A stretch of 64,000 bases of DNA from Octopus vulgaris (GCA_951406725.2 OX597824.1:64046001-64110000), one strand, 5' to 3'; positions 13,884 to 28,390 are shown, counted from the stretch's first letter. Numbers and translations are program-made. Notes: generated from the letters alone by a model not told the origin.

Positions 13884-15610
13884 GACATATATATACACAC
13901 ACATTTATATATATAGACATACACACACTGAATATATATATTCAAACAGACTCCAATGAGGATGGTGTTGTTCTGTGTCAGCAAGACCTGTATTACGTAA
14001 TAAAATTGATAAAAAGGGTATGGTGAGCTTGTTGCAAGGTGTGAAAAATCCAATGTCTTGGACACAGTCCTTCCTCAGGGACAAAGTTGAAAGGAGAGAA
14101 ATTAAAGGGAAGCAGCAGAATTTTACATCTTAAAAACAAATTATTGCATCTCAGAAATGTAGGACCACATGAGCTTCATATGTGAACAAGAAGTGGTAAC
14201 AGAGAGTGCGAGGAGGAAGGGGAAAAATGTAATGAGATGACGAGAAGCAGGCAAAGTCAAGAGTGAGATGAAGGGAAAAGATGAGGAGAGAAAGACAAGT
14301 TGAAGAATAAGAAAGAGTTTAAAGAATTAAGAAAAGGTGAAGGAGTAAAAGAGAAAAAGCATTCATTTAAATGTATCAGTGATATGGCACCATGTCACCG
14401 ACAGGTTTAAATGAACTGCACATACGTTAAGTATATATGCCTTTCAACTATGTATGTATGATACATAGATGGCTATATCAATTGAATGATGTTTCAGTTG
14501 CATACACTGGGTTTTTACATACATTTCTGTTTGATGAATAAGGGAGATGACTGATGCATACAAAAGAACCAGGCACTGCAAGTCAGCAGAACTAGAAGAG
14601 GAGGAAGAGAGCTGCAGACTGGTGATATGCAGTGCTACAGAAGACCCATCCAGCTATAGAAAAATGCACCTTAACATAATGGCAGTAAGGAGTTGAAACG
14701 TGTGTATATATGTGAATGAGTGTATATGTATTTGTGTAGATATATGTGTATACTACTCTCCACCAAGCCTACCTTACTGCCTATCACCTTATATGTGCCT
14801 TCCAGGACTCCCAACTCCTCATCATGTTCAGTACACACTATCCAAAGTTACTTCCACTGCCAACCAATATTTCCACTTACCCTTATCACACTACCTGTCC
14901 TTACATCTCTGCCTTCAAACCTTCCATTTCATTGCTGCACTCACTGTTCCCCTGCAACGCTTCCTTGCTACCCCATCTTTGATGCTTTCATCACATACTG
15001 ATGCTTTTCTTCATCCTACAACTAATAGTATTTTTCAGCATCAAACTCTTCCCCAACTCCTGCCCCTCACATCTCTCTTTCCTTCACAGAGTCACTGAGT
15101 ATTACTCACTACCTTAATCTGTAGCTCCCTCCCTGGTTCCATTCCCTCATACCTTCAGTCCATATTCACCTCTCATGATGCTGGTTAGCCCTAGATACCC
15201 TTTAACCTATCCTCTCACTTTTTCATTTCTATTCCTCTCTTTTTCCCAACCTTGTCATTAATCTCTTCCCACTGCCATACAACCCAATCTTCTTCTGTCT
15301 ACCATACTTCATCCCCCCAACTAAAATCATCATCCACTTTCCCATCTGTTCTCCCTGCCTATCCTTCTCCATTCCTCTTTCTTATTTTTTTACAACCACT
15401 TTCCTTGTCTACCCACATCACTGCTAATTCTCATTCACATTTCTACACCTACTAAAGGACCACTCTATCAAAAACTATATAAAACCAGAATGAGCCAAAC
15501 TATACACCATTCATGGCAGCTGTTGAACAGAAACTCCAAAGCCATAAACAATATTTACTTTCTTGTGTGTGTGTACGTGTGTACACGTGCACATGCGTGC
15601 ATGTGTGTAA

Positions 15611-15652
<42 letters not shown>

Positions 15653-17268
15653 CTATCTGAGTCTGTATGCATGTGTCTGTGCATATACACATGAGCATAC
15701 ATACGCAAATGTATGCTCACACACATACATACATACATACATATACAGTTTCTAATTACTTCTATATCTTCTTTCACTTCAACTATGGCGAAAGTCAGCT
15801 GAAGGCTACTGTGTCCAAATTTCTGGATACTAGCTTGGGATCATACTATATAGATACATGCATATGTGTGAAGATATTTTTTTTCACAACCATCGGAAAG
15901 TGAAGCAATGGTTGTGATCTGTAAACAGTTTTGAGTAGGAAGTGGAAAAAGAAGAATGAACATGCAATGCGCATGTGCACACTGAATTCGTAAAATGGAA
16001 GAAAAGTATAAAAATGCAATGTGCATGTCAAAAAATAACGGAAGAGAAGAATGTCAAACACACTGTCAAACAAGTTATATGATGGTCTGCATGCCACATC
16101 TGACACCACTACCATGCAGCTTTGCTGCCATTTTCTTGTTTTTTTATAACAATTAACTAAAACATCTGAGTTTGTATGAATTAATATTTGTTTGTTTTTC
16201 TTTTCTAATTCTCAGACTTAACTTTATAATGCAACATTATTTAACTCTACAGAATACATTTTCACTTCATTACATTTCACTCATTAAACACACACACATA
16301 TATAATGTCAAACTAGATTTATTTCTAGAATTATTAAAACAATCATGAAATCTTAGAAATTTACAATAAAATTTATTTTAAAATTAAACGGAGCAAAAAA
16401 TATCAAAACAAACAAAAATAAACAAACTGAGGCCAAATGATGTATGTTGTTTAACTGAAAACTCAATAAGTTTAATTTTGAAAAGATATCAGGCCAGAAT
16501 TTATTACTTAGCTTTAATTGATCCGGCATAAAAATGATATTAAATTCTACATTTTAGTCAAAACATGAAAATATTTATTTGAACCATTTCCTTTTAAGGC
16601 TTTGTTTTTCACTATTTATCTTTATTATGCAACATATTGTTTTTTTTATACTTTATTTTTAAATATATTACAATTTTTTGTAATGCTTTTATTATTTCTT
16701 ATGCTTTATGTTTGTTGAAAATAACAAGTGGGCACAAATGTAGGACAAAAAGGGCCAAATGTTTGTTTGAATCCCATCACCAATATAACTTTGAAACCTT
16801 GGTAAAGACACTTCTTAATAGTACCATTAAGACAATTCTTAGGCAGAGCCAGCATGAAACTGTGTATGACAAAACTATGTCAGTGAATTACAGGGCTTCT
16901 ACACAAACTCCATCTTAATGAATTTGACTAAGTGAAGCTTTGGTCAAGCCAAGGTCATAGTAGATGTCACTTACCCAAATTGACATACAAATGGGATCAA
17001 ACCTGGAACACTGTGAGGGAGAAGCAAACTTTTTAATCAATAAATAGTTCAATAAATATATTTGGAGGTGAATACTTCCTTAAATGTTATCCAATAATGC
17101 ATCATTTTACAGCTACACAAACTGAAGCATCATAGCATACCCTCCCTATTGTGACAATGCCTCTGTCCTTATTTTTATATACTTTTATTATATTGTACTT
17201 TATTCTTGGCCGAAATCAAAACCTTAGCTTCAAAGTCAAAGTGATTCACAGTTTCCACTTTATGTCAA

Positions 17269-17303
<35 letters not shown>

Positions 17304-17450
17304 TTTATAATCCCCGATCATTAGTCTGACAACATGTATTTTGCCAGACAAATCATTATGGATTAAGTATATTATTCATTGTCAGAATTATCCTTGAATT
17401 CTTTATCCTAAGTGGCCATACACAGCTTCATTTGAACTTGTTGCCCACTG

Positions 17451-17495
<45 letters not shown>

Positions 17496-17775
17496 GTGTG
17501 TTTGTGTGTGTGTGTGTGTTATAGACAGATGCATAGATACATAATAAATATAGAAAGAGCAGCACAAGAGATATTTAGCATGAAGCAACACTGACTCACT
17601 CAGTAGTAATATAAACTGTAAAACAACATAAATGAAGAAAACATGCAGACCAGCTTGTTGTACAAATAACATATATATACATATATACTATACACACACA
17701 CAAATTAAGCATTCACGGCTACAAATAAAGAGATAAGTATGTGTATGTATATATATATATGTGTACATGTATGTA

Positions 17776-17831
<56 letters not shown>

Positions 17832-19506
17832 TATTGTTTATGTTTTGCATTTATATATTCATGCTTTCTTGAGTGTATTTTTCACATTTTTGTGAGGATG
17901 AGTACAATTGTTTTAACAGCTATATACCCTTCCAGCTGTTAATTCATGAAGCACAAGCAGAAGTGGGTTCTTTTCATGTTTAACATATCCTTAGGTGGGG
18001 GAAAGGGGTCAAGCCAGCTGAGCGAAGTAAACTGTCTTGTTCCGGTCAAAACACAATATCTGACATATTATTTGAACTTGAAGCCAACAACTTAGTGTCT
18101 TAAGTTTACAAACATTGTACCTCTTCACACCTCCACCTTTATTATTCTCATAAATGGCAGTGTGATCAAGTTCACTTCTCAACTATGTGGCTTCAGGTTC
18201 AATCCCACTGCATGCCACTTTGGGCAAGTGTCTTCTACGAACCAAAGTCTTGTGAGTGAGTTTCATAGAAGGTAACATTTTATATATAAATGTGTGTATG
18301 TGTGTGTTTATGTTTGTATTCTACTAAAGGCACTTGCTATGAGTAGTGCTGTTGCTTTCACTTCTGTTCAAAAAACCCACTCACTTTGTTCCCTCAAAGG
18401 CATGTAAAATAAAAGAAGATTCTTCACTTGACAATCTAGTAGGGTTAATGACAGAAAGGACATCCAGCTGTAAAACAATGCCTCCATAATATATGGATCT
18501 AACAAAAGCTTGCATGGAAAAACAAACAAAAATGAAGCAAATGTATATAACAAACATACAAAACCTGTACACCATCTAAGTACAACAAACTTAGTTTTAC
18601 ATCATCAACTGCTTTATAGTTTTAAAATATAAAAATATCACAAAATAGTAAAGGGATGTACAGTATTTGTGACAAATGTGTAATTTCACAGTTTTTTCTA
18701 ACATGACTGATATTTGACATTTAGTTTACTTTGCCAAAAGTGATGTTTATTTATTCGCATTTTTAAAAATTAATAATGAATAATCTTGTAGCTTTGAAAG
18801 TTTGAGGATGTGACTGTTTATTTTTAGATTAACATTGTAGGGTAGGAGTGAGAGGCTGAATTTGGCTAGCTTCGACATAAAACAGGCAGAATATTTGGGT
18901 CGAAATAGCAGGTTTAAAGGCTAAAGTGTTAAACTATTTGTTTTCTAAATTTTATTTTTATAAAGAGAGAAAAAATAAATGTAGTTTATCAGAAAGAATA
19001 TTACTAATTACTATCACTTAACTCTTAGTAATTAATGGTTAATTTGTCATTAAATCTGTGCAAGTTTAAATTGATATAAACATTGTATTTGTAAAACATA
19101 CAAATATGTTGATATGCTTAGGTAAAATATATACAAATGTATATTTTTAAATAGAGCATATACACATGCTGTATATTTTTAAATACAGCACTTATACATG
19201 TTGCATATTTTTAAATACATTATATGCACATATTGTATTTTTTCAAATACAATATATACATATACACATTTTAAATACAATATACACACATTGTGTATTT
19301 TCAAACACATACACAAATACATGCAAGGACATACAAAATATAAAACCATCATTCTTTTGCCCCCACACATCACATAGCCGACACTGACTGACAACCCATA
19401 AATTGTACATGCTAAATAACAGCAACAACAACAACAGTAGCAGCGACAGCAATAGCAAAACAGCATACAAATGCAGAAGGTCAAACCTGAAGGATCTCTG
19501 TAGAAT

Positions 19507-19567
19507 TCAGTACCCCCCAAAGTTGTCAGGGAAGTCAAAATGAACTGAGTTGTTCATTTGATGCATA
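19507..19567 (-). CDS. Candidate terminal EPS8 exon (YASNEQLSSF* in phase 0, or MHQMNNSVHFDFPDNFGGY* in phase 2)
   Basis: Very strong acceptor tttttctttatttcccttgatcttgcAG, followed by a stop and AT-rich UTR-like sequence. No homology support. Confidence 0.4.
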
Positions 19568-20337
19568 CTGCAAGATCAAGGGAAATAAAGAAAAATAGTA
19601 GCAAAACAAGATGTAAAAAAACAGCATGAATTATTTCTTAAAGCTATAAACAAACTCTGTTTGTGTGTGTTTTTGCTTTTTTTTTTATTCTTTAAAGTTT
19701 TCAGTCATCCAGCTGTGGCCATATGAGCGTATCAAGGGATTTTGGTCAACCATAATGAATCCAGTACTTCTTCCTGTGTAATTACTTAGTTTATCATTTT
19801 ATATTTTGATGATTAAGTTACTATTTTTACACAACACAGACCTGCTGTAGTATCACACACACACACACACATATAAATATTTAATTTGATCAAGGAAAAT
19901 GTAGAGAGTGACTTCACAATTTCAGCTTGCTTGTCTTTAGCAGACAGTGTGATGGAGGCAAGCAAGCTGACACTTTGAAATCATCATCAGCTTTTTCCCT
20001 GTATAAGTTTAATAAACATGTACTCTACTCAAAGTATTGAATAATCCTTCAGTTCAAAGTTAGGTTTTGTTTTATATATAACTTGACATAAAAACACAAC
20101 CATTTATATACACAATACACACATACATTGGCTTGGTGGCAGAAAAATATAAAATGAAACTCAGTAATCATGAGTAAATATATATTTTTATTTAGCAGTA
20201 AACTGCATAAGTGACACAAGCTCTAAAAGTTTAGCACTTCACGCTTAACAAACTTATTAACTACAAAGCACAAAACTTTCAGAGCTTGAGTCACTTATGT
20301 AACATTATACCTAAACAAAAAGATACACAATGCACAC

Positions 20338-20399
<62 letters not shown>

Positions 20400-20494
20400 A
20401 TATACTTTCAGGAATATTTTTCTCCAAGATGCTCCACTGATTACAATTATTTCTGAACTTTTACTCAAGTCAGATCTAAGGTTGTCCTTGCATC

Positions 20495-20598
20495 TTAACC
20501 TTTAGCACACTGGAGATGCATTATGTTTTCTCCCCTGTAGTAACAGGGCAGTGGCAAGGGAAACAATTCTACAGAAAATGCAATGTGCTAAAGGTTAA
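20495..20598. mobile_element. piggyBac-type MITE
   Basis: TTAA-cctttagcaca...tgtgctaaagg-TTAA. Confidence 0.75.
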
Positions 20599-21101
20599 CA
20601 TCAATATGTAAGGAGACTTTCAAAGAAAAGTTTACCTTAGAGCAGATGCTACAATCTAATGACCATCCCACCATGTACACATTCATCTATTCATTTTACA
20701 TCCAATTTTTTTTCCATGATTGCTGAGGCTGAGTGAATTGTAATTGAAGGTATTTGGGGGTGGGGATTACAGATGGATGCTCTTCCTGACTAACTATTAC
20801 CTGTGTTTCATGTAAGGAATTCCTTATTTCACATAGCTTCAAGGATATAAACTGACTAGACAAACTGACAACACCACTCTTCACTATAATTTTAAAACAA
20901 GTTATAGCAGATGCAAACACACATACACACACATACATAATGATCTTACACTATCCATCCACCAAATCTACTCTCAAAGCATTGGTTGACCTGCTATAGT
21001 AAAAGATGCTTACCCAAGGTGCAGAACAGTGGGATTGAATATGCATGTGTGTGTGTGTGTGTGTGCACCATGTATGTATATATACATACAAATACATACA
21101 T

Positions 21102-21132
<31 letters not shown>

Positions 21133-24100
21133 CATATTATTACCACACAAATCTATGTAGAAGTATACACATGTTTTACAAAGTATATTATACATAGCTA
21201 TTACCATTACATAAACCCATATATATCTGTGCTACTATTTACTTGCCATATACATACATTTGTATATAAACACACACATACATACATATGACTAAGTGTA
21301 TAAAGTACTGTGCACTGAATTCATTGGATTCAAGTTTATATCCACTTTAAGCATTTCATTGAGCAAGACTGGACATGATACAAACTTCCTATCAAGTAGA
21401 ACAGGGCACATGCTTTGTAGTAAAGGTGACAATGATGCATTATATCACTGCTCTTCTCAATACTGTGTTAGTGTCTCTGTGAAATTCAAACCTCATTAGT
21501 TCCGAAACTGCCACTTATGATTTTCTCCATCTTTTGGTTTGAATATCTTTTAGAATCTGTGCTCCACCCACTTTTCTTGTTCACATCTCTTTGTCTCACT
21601 TTCACTACTATATAATCATCATCACCATCGAAAATTTAACATCCACTTTTCTATGCTTGTATGAGGCAAATTTTTTCGTGGCCAGATGCCCTTCTTGTTG
21701 CCAACCTTCACCTGTTTTCCAGCAAAGTAATATTTCCATGTGGCCTGACATATTTTTGTAAAATATTGGAAATGAATGGCAATGCTTGTGTGAAAGTGAC
21801 ATTAATTTACAACTATAATGTAATGTCAAGACAAGAAGAGAGTGAGAGACACACACATATATATAAATCCATTCACAAAGCTTTGATCAGCTTGGGGCAA
21901 TAGTAGAAGATACTTGTCCAAAGTGCCCGCACAATGGAACTGAACCCAAGACCATATGGTTAGGAAGCAAACTTCTCAAACCACACAGCTACTACACCTG
22001 TGCCTAAGTGTGCTGGTATTTACACACTAGCATAATGAACTTCTTGTGGTTTATGAAGAAACTTCACTTTGCTAATTAATTATGGCATCAGTAAAATAAC
22101 AGTTTAAGAAAATATAATTTAGATTTTGATTTCATCTTTGTTGCAAGATTTTTTAATGTGAAATCTTGCATTGTAAAAGTTGTAAGGGAGGGTTGTTTTT
22201 GGCAATAAGATATACATGCACTGCTTGTATATTTCACTTATTATCATTATCGTTATTAAACTAGTTAACCAATTAACCAATCACTTGATTAACTATTCAA
22301 TCATTCAGTCAAACCGTCTTCTTGTCATTATTCATAACTTTATCAAAGGCATCTTCTCATTACTCCAGATTGTTCCCTTTAGTTTTAAACCATATATTTC
22401 GATTGCTTGACATATTAAAGAGGTTAGTGATGGTTCTTGAAGTGATGGTTATATATATATATATAAATCAATAATAATAAAGGGTAAAATTAATTAATTA
22501 ATTAATTATTTTACCAAGTAGTTTGGTATGTAAAAGAACCATTACTGGTAAACTTATACAAAAATTCTTTAATTATGAGCATAATTATAATTTGGGTTCA
22601 GCAAAATTTGCTTCACCACATACCGAATTTTAGAAATAGCAGTTAAAATACTATTCTACTGCCATAAGATTATCTCCCAGACAGCAATACTCAACAAATT
22701 TTGCTGAACCCTAATAATAATTATAGAATTTACTTTATATCTACACTATTTTTCCATGAGTTTGATATTAAAATATTGTGATGGTGTAGCTAAAATAATA
22801 TTTCATTCTTTGCTAAAAACAGTCATAATTAATCACAAAAGCTATATTATGAACAACACATCTGATATTCACATATTCAATCTTGAAAGATTATTAGTCT
22901 ATGAGCTTGAAAATAGCTAAATGTTAACAAGCATGACTGTATTTAAATTCACTTTGCAACCACATGGTTCTGTGTCTGATCCCAGCACACAGCGTCTTTG
23001 ACCAAGAGATTTTTCCAAAAATCTCAAACTCACCAATGCCTTGTGAGTGGACAAATTATTAGAGGAAAACTGTATTGAACTTTGTTGTCACAAAAATTGA
23101 ATCTGTCACCAAGTTCAGCAGCACCACTTGGGTACTTATATCATAGTCCATTGCATTACAGACACACACAGCAGGTCTCCAACCTAAAGAAAGTTCCTGC
23201 CACTCTTACTCTGCATCAGTTTTATTGGTTCTTCATAAGCTCAGTAGTTCTACCCTTCTTCCTCTGACAGGAGGAAGCATAAGAAATTTGATAATTGCTA
23301 AATCAGTAACTAAAACTTCAAATAAATAGACATTATCACTATAGACTAAAATGTGCAACATAAAAGTGTGTGTGAGTTGATAGAAGTGTATTTGATTATG
23401 CACAATTCAACATACCTCTTAACAAACCTCATCAATCTTATACATTTCATGTGTGTGTATGCATACACATACATACATCTGCACACAACACATATACAAG
23501 TACAAATAAACATGTAAACATTATATACACAGATTAAGATCTCTCGCATACGAAGCCTAAACAACCTTTTATATACACACACACACACATATTCATATAC
23601 ACATGTACCAATAAAGATGCAAACACATGCATATAAGTACACATATATACAAAGCATCACATACACACAAACTGATCATTATACTTATATATATTGATAT
23701 ATATATACATAAAAATAAAAATCACAACCACCAAAAGAGATATTAATTGCTAAATGTTTATGCAAAACATTGATTATAATTAATCTCTGGGATATGAATA
23801 TATATCTTCCATTTGATTCAACATATGATGAGTATGTTCTTTGATCAATGAATCTGTCTACTCTCCCAGTTATATGTGGCTGAGTATTCCATACACATTT
23901 GCACCATTGACACAATTGTGAGCCAGAATCAGCATAACACAGCACCAAAAGACTGGCCCATTGAATTACTGGTATACTCCACTTGACATGCTTCCATGGA
24001 CTTTCACTTACAAGACTTTGGCTGAACCAAGGTTATAGAAAAAACACTTGCTTAAGATACCACATAATGGGATTGAACTTAGGATGTCATGATTGCAAAG

Positions 24101-24195
24101 TGAATTTCTAAACCACTCAGCCACTGGGGTATATAAGATTATTCATAAATATAGTCACAGAGCTATATAAGACTATATATATATATTAATAATTC

Positions 24196-24237
<42 letters not shown>

Positions 24238-25567
24238 AGAAGAAATATACTATATCTAATGTATAAAAATAATAAACATAAAAATATACAAGTGAAAATA
24301 ATTTTTTTTTTATTTTGTATTTTCTAAAGCTGACAAAAAAAAAAAAGGAACAAAATTAAACACAAAAAAATGGAAATAACAAATTCATACATAATCTTAA
24401 GACCTTGCATTTCTAGGGCAGGGATTCAGCTGATTGCATCAATTTAAAAAATATGACTGGTATTAATTTTATCAAACTCTAGAAAGGTGAAAGGTAAAGT
24501 AGTCCTAAACCATGTTCAAACTAAGATGGTGTTGAAGAAAATCTCTGATGAGACACCAATAAGGCTCATAAATTATTAGGGCTGTTCATGTTTTTTGAAA
24601 GGTGGTATGGACACACAGCCTCTGGCTGAATCCAATAAAATTAATAAATATAGGAGGGTAAAAGGTCAAGTAATTTTAAACTAAATTTAAACATACAATA
24701 TAGATCACTGAATTAAATATTATGAAATATTCAGCTCAATAATTAAGGTAGCAAAAAATTAATTAAAAATCATTTAGAGCAGAGGAAAAAATGCTATGCA
24801 GTATTTTTACTGGTTTCCTGTACTCTGAGTTCAATCCCACCAGGGTCAACTTTAACTTTCTATTACTTTCAGGGTTGATAAAACATATCACCAGTCGAGG
24901 ACAGTGGATTGGCAGAATCATGTTAGAGCGTCATATAAAATGCCTTGCGGTATCTCTTCCAGCTCTCTGCATTCTGAGCTCAAATCTCACCCCCACCACC
25001 TGTCTCTTCCTTGGACAGGAAGTGAGTCCTTCCGGACTTAGTCATCGGTGATAGCCTCCAATGTCAGACACAAGGATGCAGCCATTGGAGGAACATCTCA
25101 ATTGCATCAATATAAGAAGAAACAAAAAATTAATGGACTCAGCACAAAGCAGGATAATGCTAGTGCAGAAGATAGGGTAACAAAAATGAAAAATAAAATT
25201 CAGTTCAAATCTTTCCTGTTCCAGACATTCCATCATCTCCGACCTTTTTGCTAACATATTTCTTTTAAAATACAGATTTATTTCAATTTTGATAATAATG
25301 AAATATTTAATAAATTAAGCTGGTATTTAGAACGTATTTGATTCCTTATTAAACTGGTGATTGGAACATAAATTAGCATGAAATTTTGATGGATGGTTTT
25401 AGTTTAGATCACTTCAAAATAGGAACTTCATATTGTAGAACAAGGGGAAATTTCAAGTGGGTTGGTAACAAAATGAGTTAAGATGTGTAGAATAAGTTTC
25501 AATATTGGTATATGATAAAAACATTTTAGGACATGCTGAGTAGAGCTAATTATACGACTCATATGAA

Positions 25568-25604
<37 letters not shown>

Positions 25605-25845
25605 ATATAGGAATGGTATATATTTTAGTGATCCTCACAGAAGTTTACTTAAGAATATTAAAAGGAGACAATGAACTAATAAACTATCTCTTGTTTAATG
25701 CTCTATTGATTCTGCCAGTCCTATCCTCTGTAAGGATTGAAAAACAAAGAAAATAATAAAACAAGAAATAAAAATATAAAAATTAGATATATAATAAATA
25801 TATGTATTTTATTTATATATATATGTATTTATTTATATATATATG

Positions 25846-25911
<66 letters not shown>

Positions 25912-25965
25912 TATATAATAAATGAAAGAATGGAGTCGAACGAAGATTTTAACAAAATTCCTTTA

Positions 25966-26048
25966 CTTTCAACACATGTTTCGAAGACTGTATATTCTTA
26001 ATTCCGAAGGAATAAAGGGTGCATTATGCCGTCTTCTCATCAGGAAAG
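25966..26048 (-). ncRNA. Type I hammerhead ribozyme, core intact, on the EPS8 sense strand
   Basis: Minus strand reads CUUUC-CUGAUGA-GAAGAC[branched insert]GUCUUC-GAAAC-AUGU-GUU-GAAAG; stem I extends with UUCCUU/AAGGAA. Confidence 0.82.
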
Positions 26049-26692
26049 ACAAGGAACCTATCCTTTCCTTTCCTTTTGATAAGGGCAGAAAATTTTGCGG
26101 AATTTGTAATTCCGAGCTCTTATATATCATTTTCGCCAAGTTCCCCTTGGTTAACACATTAATAGAAAAATCCTATAAGTGTAAGCACTGGCAAAAACAC
26201 ACTTTCCATTCATATAAATGATAAATAATATAGATAGCTTCTCTGTTTTAGTAATTAATTTCAAGTCTCTTTTATGCCTACTCCGTTACATAAAACAATA
26301 ATACTAAATGTCACTGGCGTATGTTTATCTCTTCCTCTCTACCTCTGTCATACGCTCAATCAAACACACAGACACAAATTTCTCACCTTACTGCTCTATT
26401 TATTTGACAACTGTCCCCAACACACACATACATAGACATAAATGCAGTTATATACACACACTCATACACACACATAAGCAATAAAACTCATTAACCAGAG
26501 CAAACACCCCCGCATCCACATACATACAGCATGCATACTGTCCCCTTCTTATTTTTATAACTTCCTCTTCCAAACAATTTTGACATCATTGCTTATAATG
26601 GATTTTTAAAAACACTCATTATCACTATGAACACCATGTAGGAAGCCATAAAAAAGGTTTTGTCCATCTTGAGGCTGATAGAGGTTCCTTGT

Positions 26693-26775
26693 CTTTCCTG
26701 ATGAGAAGACGGCATAATGCACTCCTTATTCCTTCGGAATTAAGAAAATGCAGTCTTCAAAACATGTGTTGAAAG
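26693..26775 (+). ncRNA. Inverted hammerhead copy with core mutation (GAAA to AAAA)
   Basis: CTTTC CTGATGA GAAGAC...GTCTTC AAAA CATGTG TT GAAAG; catalytic G12 replaced by A. Confidence 0.7.
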
Positions 26776-26978
26776 TAAAGGAATTTTGTTAAAATCTTCG
26801 TTCGATTCCATTCTTTCATTTATTCATTTTAAAAAATACACAAATTACCACACAAGAACACGAGGTTTCTACCCTTGGCATGTAGCTACAACCGTGTTTT
26901 CTAACGTGAATTTGCTACCAAGGTATCAATTAACCGAATTATCAATACTAGGATAATTCATTCACCTACTTAAATATA

Positions 26979-27032
<54 letters not shown>

Positions 27033-27394
27033 TTAGGAAGTAAATCCAAACTTACAGGGAAAAATTAGATTTAGGATTAAATCTAATTTTATATTATAAA
27101 TATATATATTAAATTAGAGATAAAACCACTATTAGTTTTATCTCTAATTTAATATATATATATATACTTGTGTGTGTATATATATTCATATATATACTTT
27201 TCTGTGTATATATATATATACATACACACACACATACACATAATATATACACACATATATGTAAGTGGAACTTTTCTTAAATATATAATAAAAAAAAATT
27301 ATAATAAGACAAGTAATTGTAATATATTTGACAACAATATTGGAAATGGTATAGCAGGCAGGTCTGCAAGAATTTAGTAATGGAAGGCACTCAC

Positions 27395-27508
27395 TCCATT
27401 GTCAATTGGGGTCATTGGCACTTGTCGACTTAAAATGGTATATGGAGCATGTCCAACTTGTCCTTTGCTGTTCTTAAGTTTCCACCAGTTTCTAGAATCA
27501 TCCAAAAT
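27395..27508 (-). CDS. EPS8: EPS8 exon, SH3 C-half ([38 protein letters not shown])
   Basis: gaaatAG / GTGAGT, 114 nt, phase 0/0; ILDD...WW..N..G..G..P SH3 pattern. Confidence 0.93.
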
Positions 27509-28390
27509 CTATTTCAAAGTTTAAAAGAAGAAAATAAACAAGATTCTTTAATATTGTTACTTGTAATATGTCTCTTGCTTGTGTGTGTGTGTGTGTGTGT
27601 AATCATTGTTTTTATCACCACTTTTGCATGCTTGCATGAACCAGATGAACTTTGCTGAGGTAGATACAGCCAGATGTCCTTCCTGTCACTAAACCCCAAT
27701 GTTTCCAAGTAAAGTAGTATTCCCCCTACTACTTGGCCAGACATGTCTTTTTTCATGAAAGACTGGAAACATACGTTGCTTGTATGACATCAATGAACAT
27801 TTAAAATGACCATATGCCAAGACAAATGTAGACATAAACACCCCCACCTCCGCACATAAAAAGCACCATCCGAACGTGGCCGATGCCAGCGCTGCCTCGT
27901 CTGGTGTCTGTGCCGGTGGCACATAAAAAGCACCATCCGAACATGGCTGATATCAGCGCCACCTCGACTGGCTTCTGTGCCGGTGGCTCATAAAAAGCAC
28001 CATCCGAACGTGGCCGATGCCAGACTCCCCTGGCACATAAAAAGCACCCACTACACTCGCGGAGTGGTTGGCGTTAGGAAGGGCATCCAGCTGTAGAAAC
28101 ACTGCCAGATCAGACTGGAGCCTGGTGCAGCCCCCGGCTTCCCAGACCCCGGCTTCCCAGACCCCGGTCAAACCGTCCAATCTGTGCTAGCGCGGAAAAC
28201 GGACGTTAAACGATGATGATGATGATATATCATCAGTAGTTCATATATCCAAAATAAAATTCACTTGAAAGTATTAGAGCAGTAATACAATTTTTTAGGA
28301 AGTTAAAACTTATGGCCAATCTCATACAGTGACCTATAAAGTGCTTAGCAGTATAGGTGACTCATCAGACTCAAATAGGTTAGCTCCTAA

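Larger units (their letters stand above)
25917..26960. mobile_element. Penelope-like relic with inverted pseudo-LTRs
   Basis: Inverted arms of about 145 bp at 25917-26062 and 26677-26824, each carrying an HHR motif; flanked by (TA)n. Confidence 0.7.

Noticed and set aside
13721-14065. Many ORFs rich in YI/CV/HT dipeptides here and across the window
   Set aside because: They are translations of (TA)n, (TG)n and (CA)n microsatellites.
20801-20851. Possible phase 0/0 exon FISLKLCEIRNSLHETQ
   Set aside because: It lies in repeat-derived sequence, has a weak pyrimidine tract and shows no EPS8 similarity.
27850-28050. Repeat-spacer-like pattern of aaaagcaccatccgaac units, superficially like a CRISPR array
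   Set aside because: The intervening segments are similar to each other, the context is eukaryotic, and it is the internal subrepeat of a dispersed retroposon.
28320-28372. Minus-strand CTGATGA followed by an acctata/tataggt stem
   Set aside because: No GAAA or cleavage triplet follows the stem.
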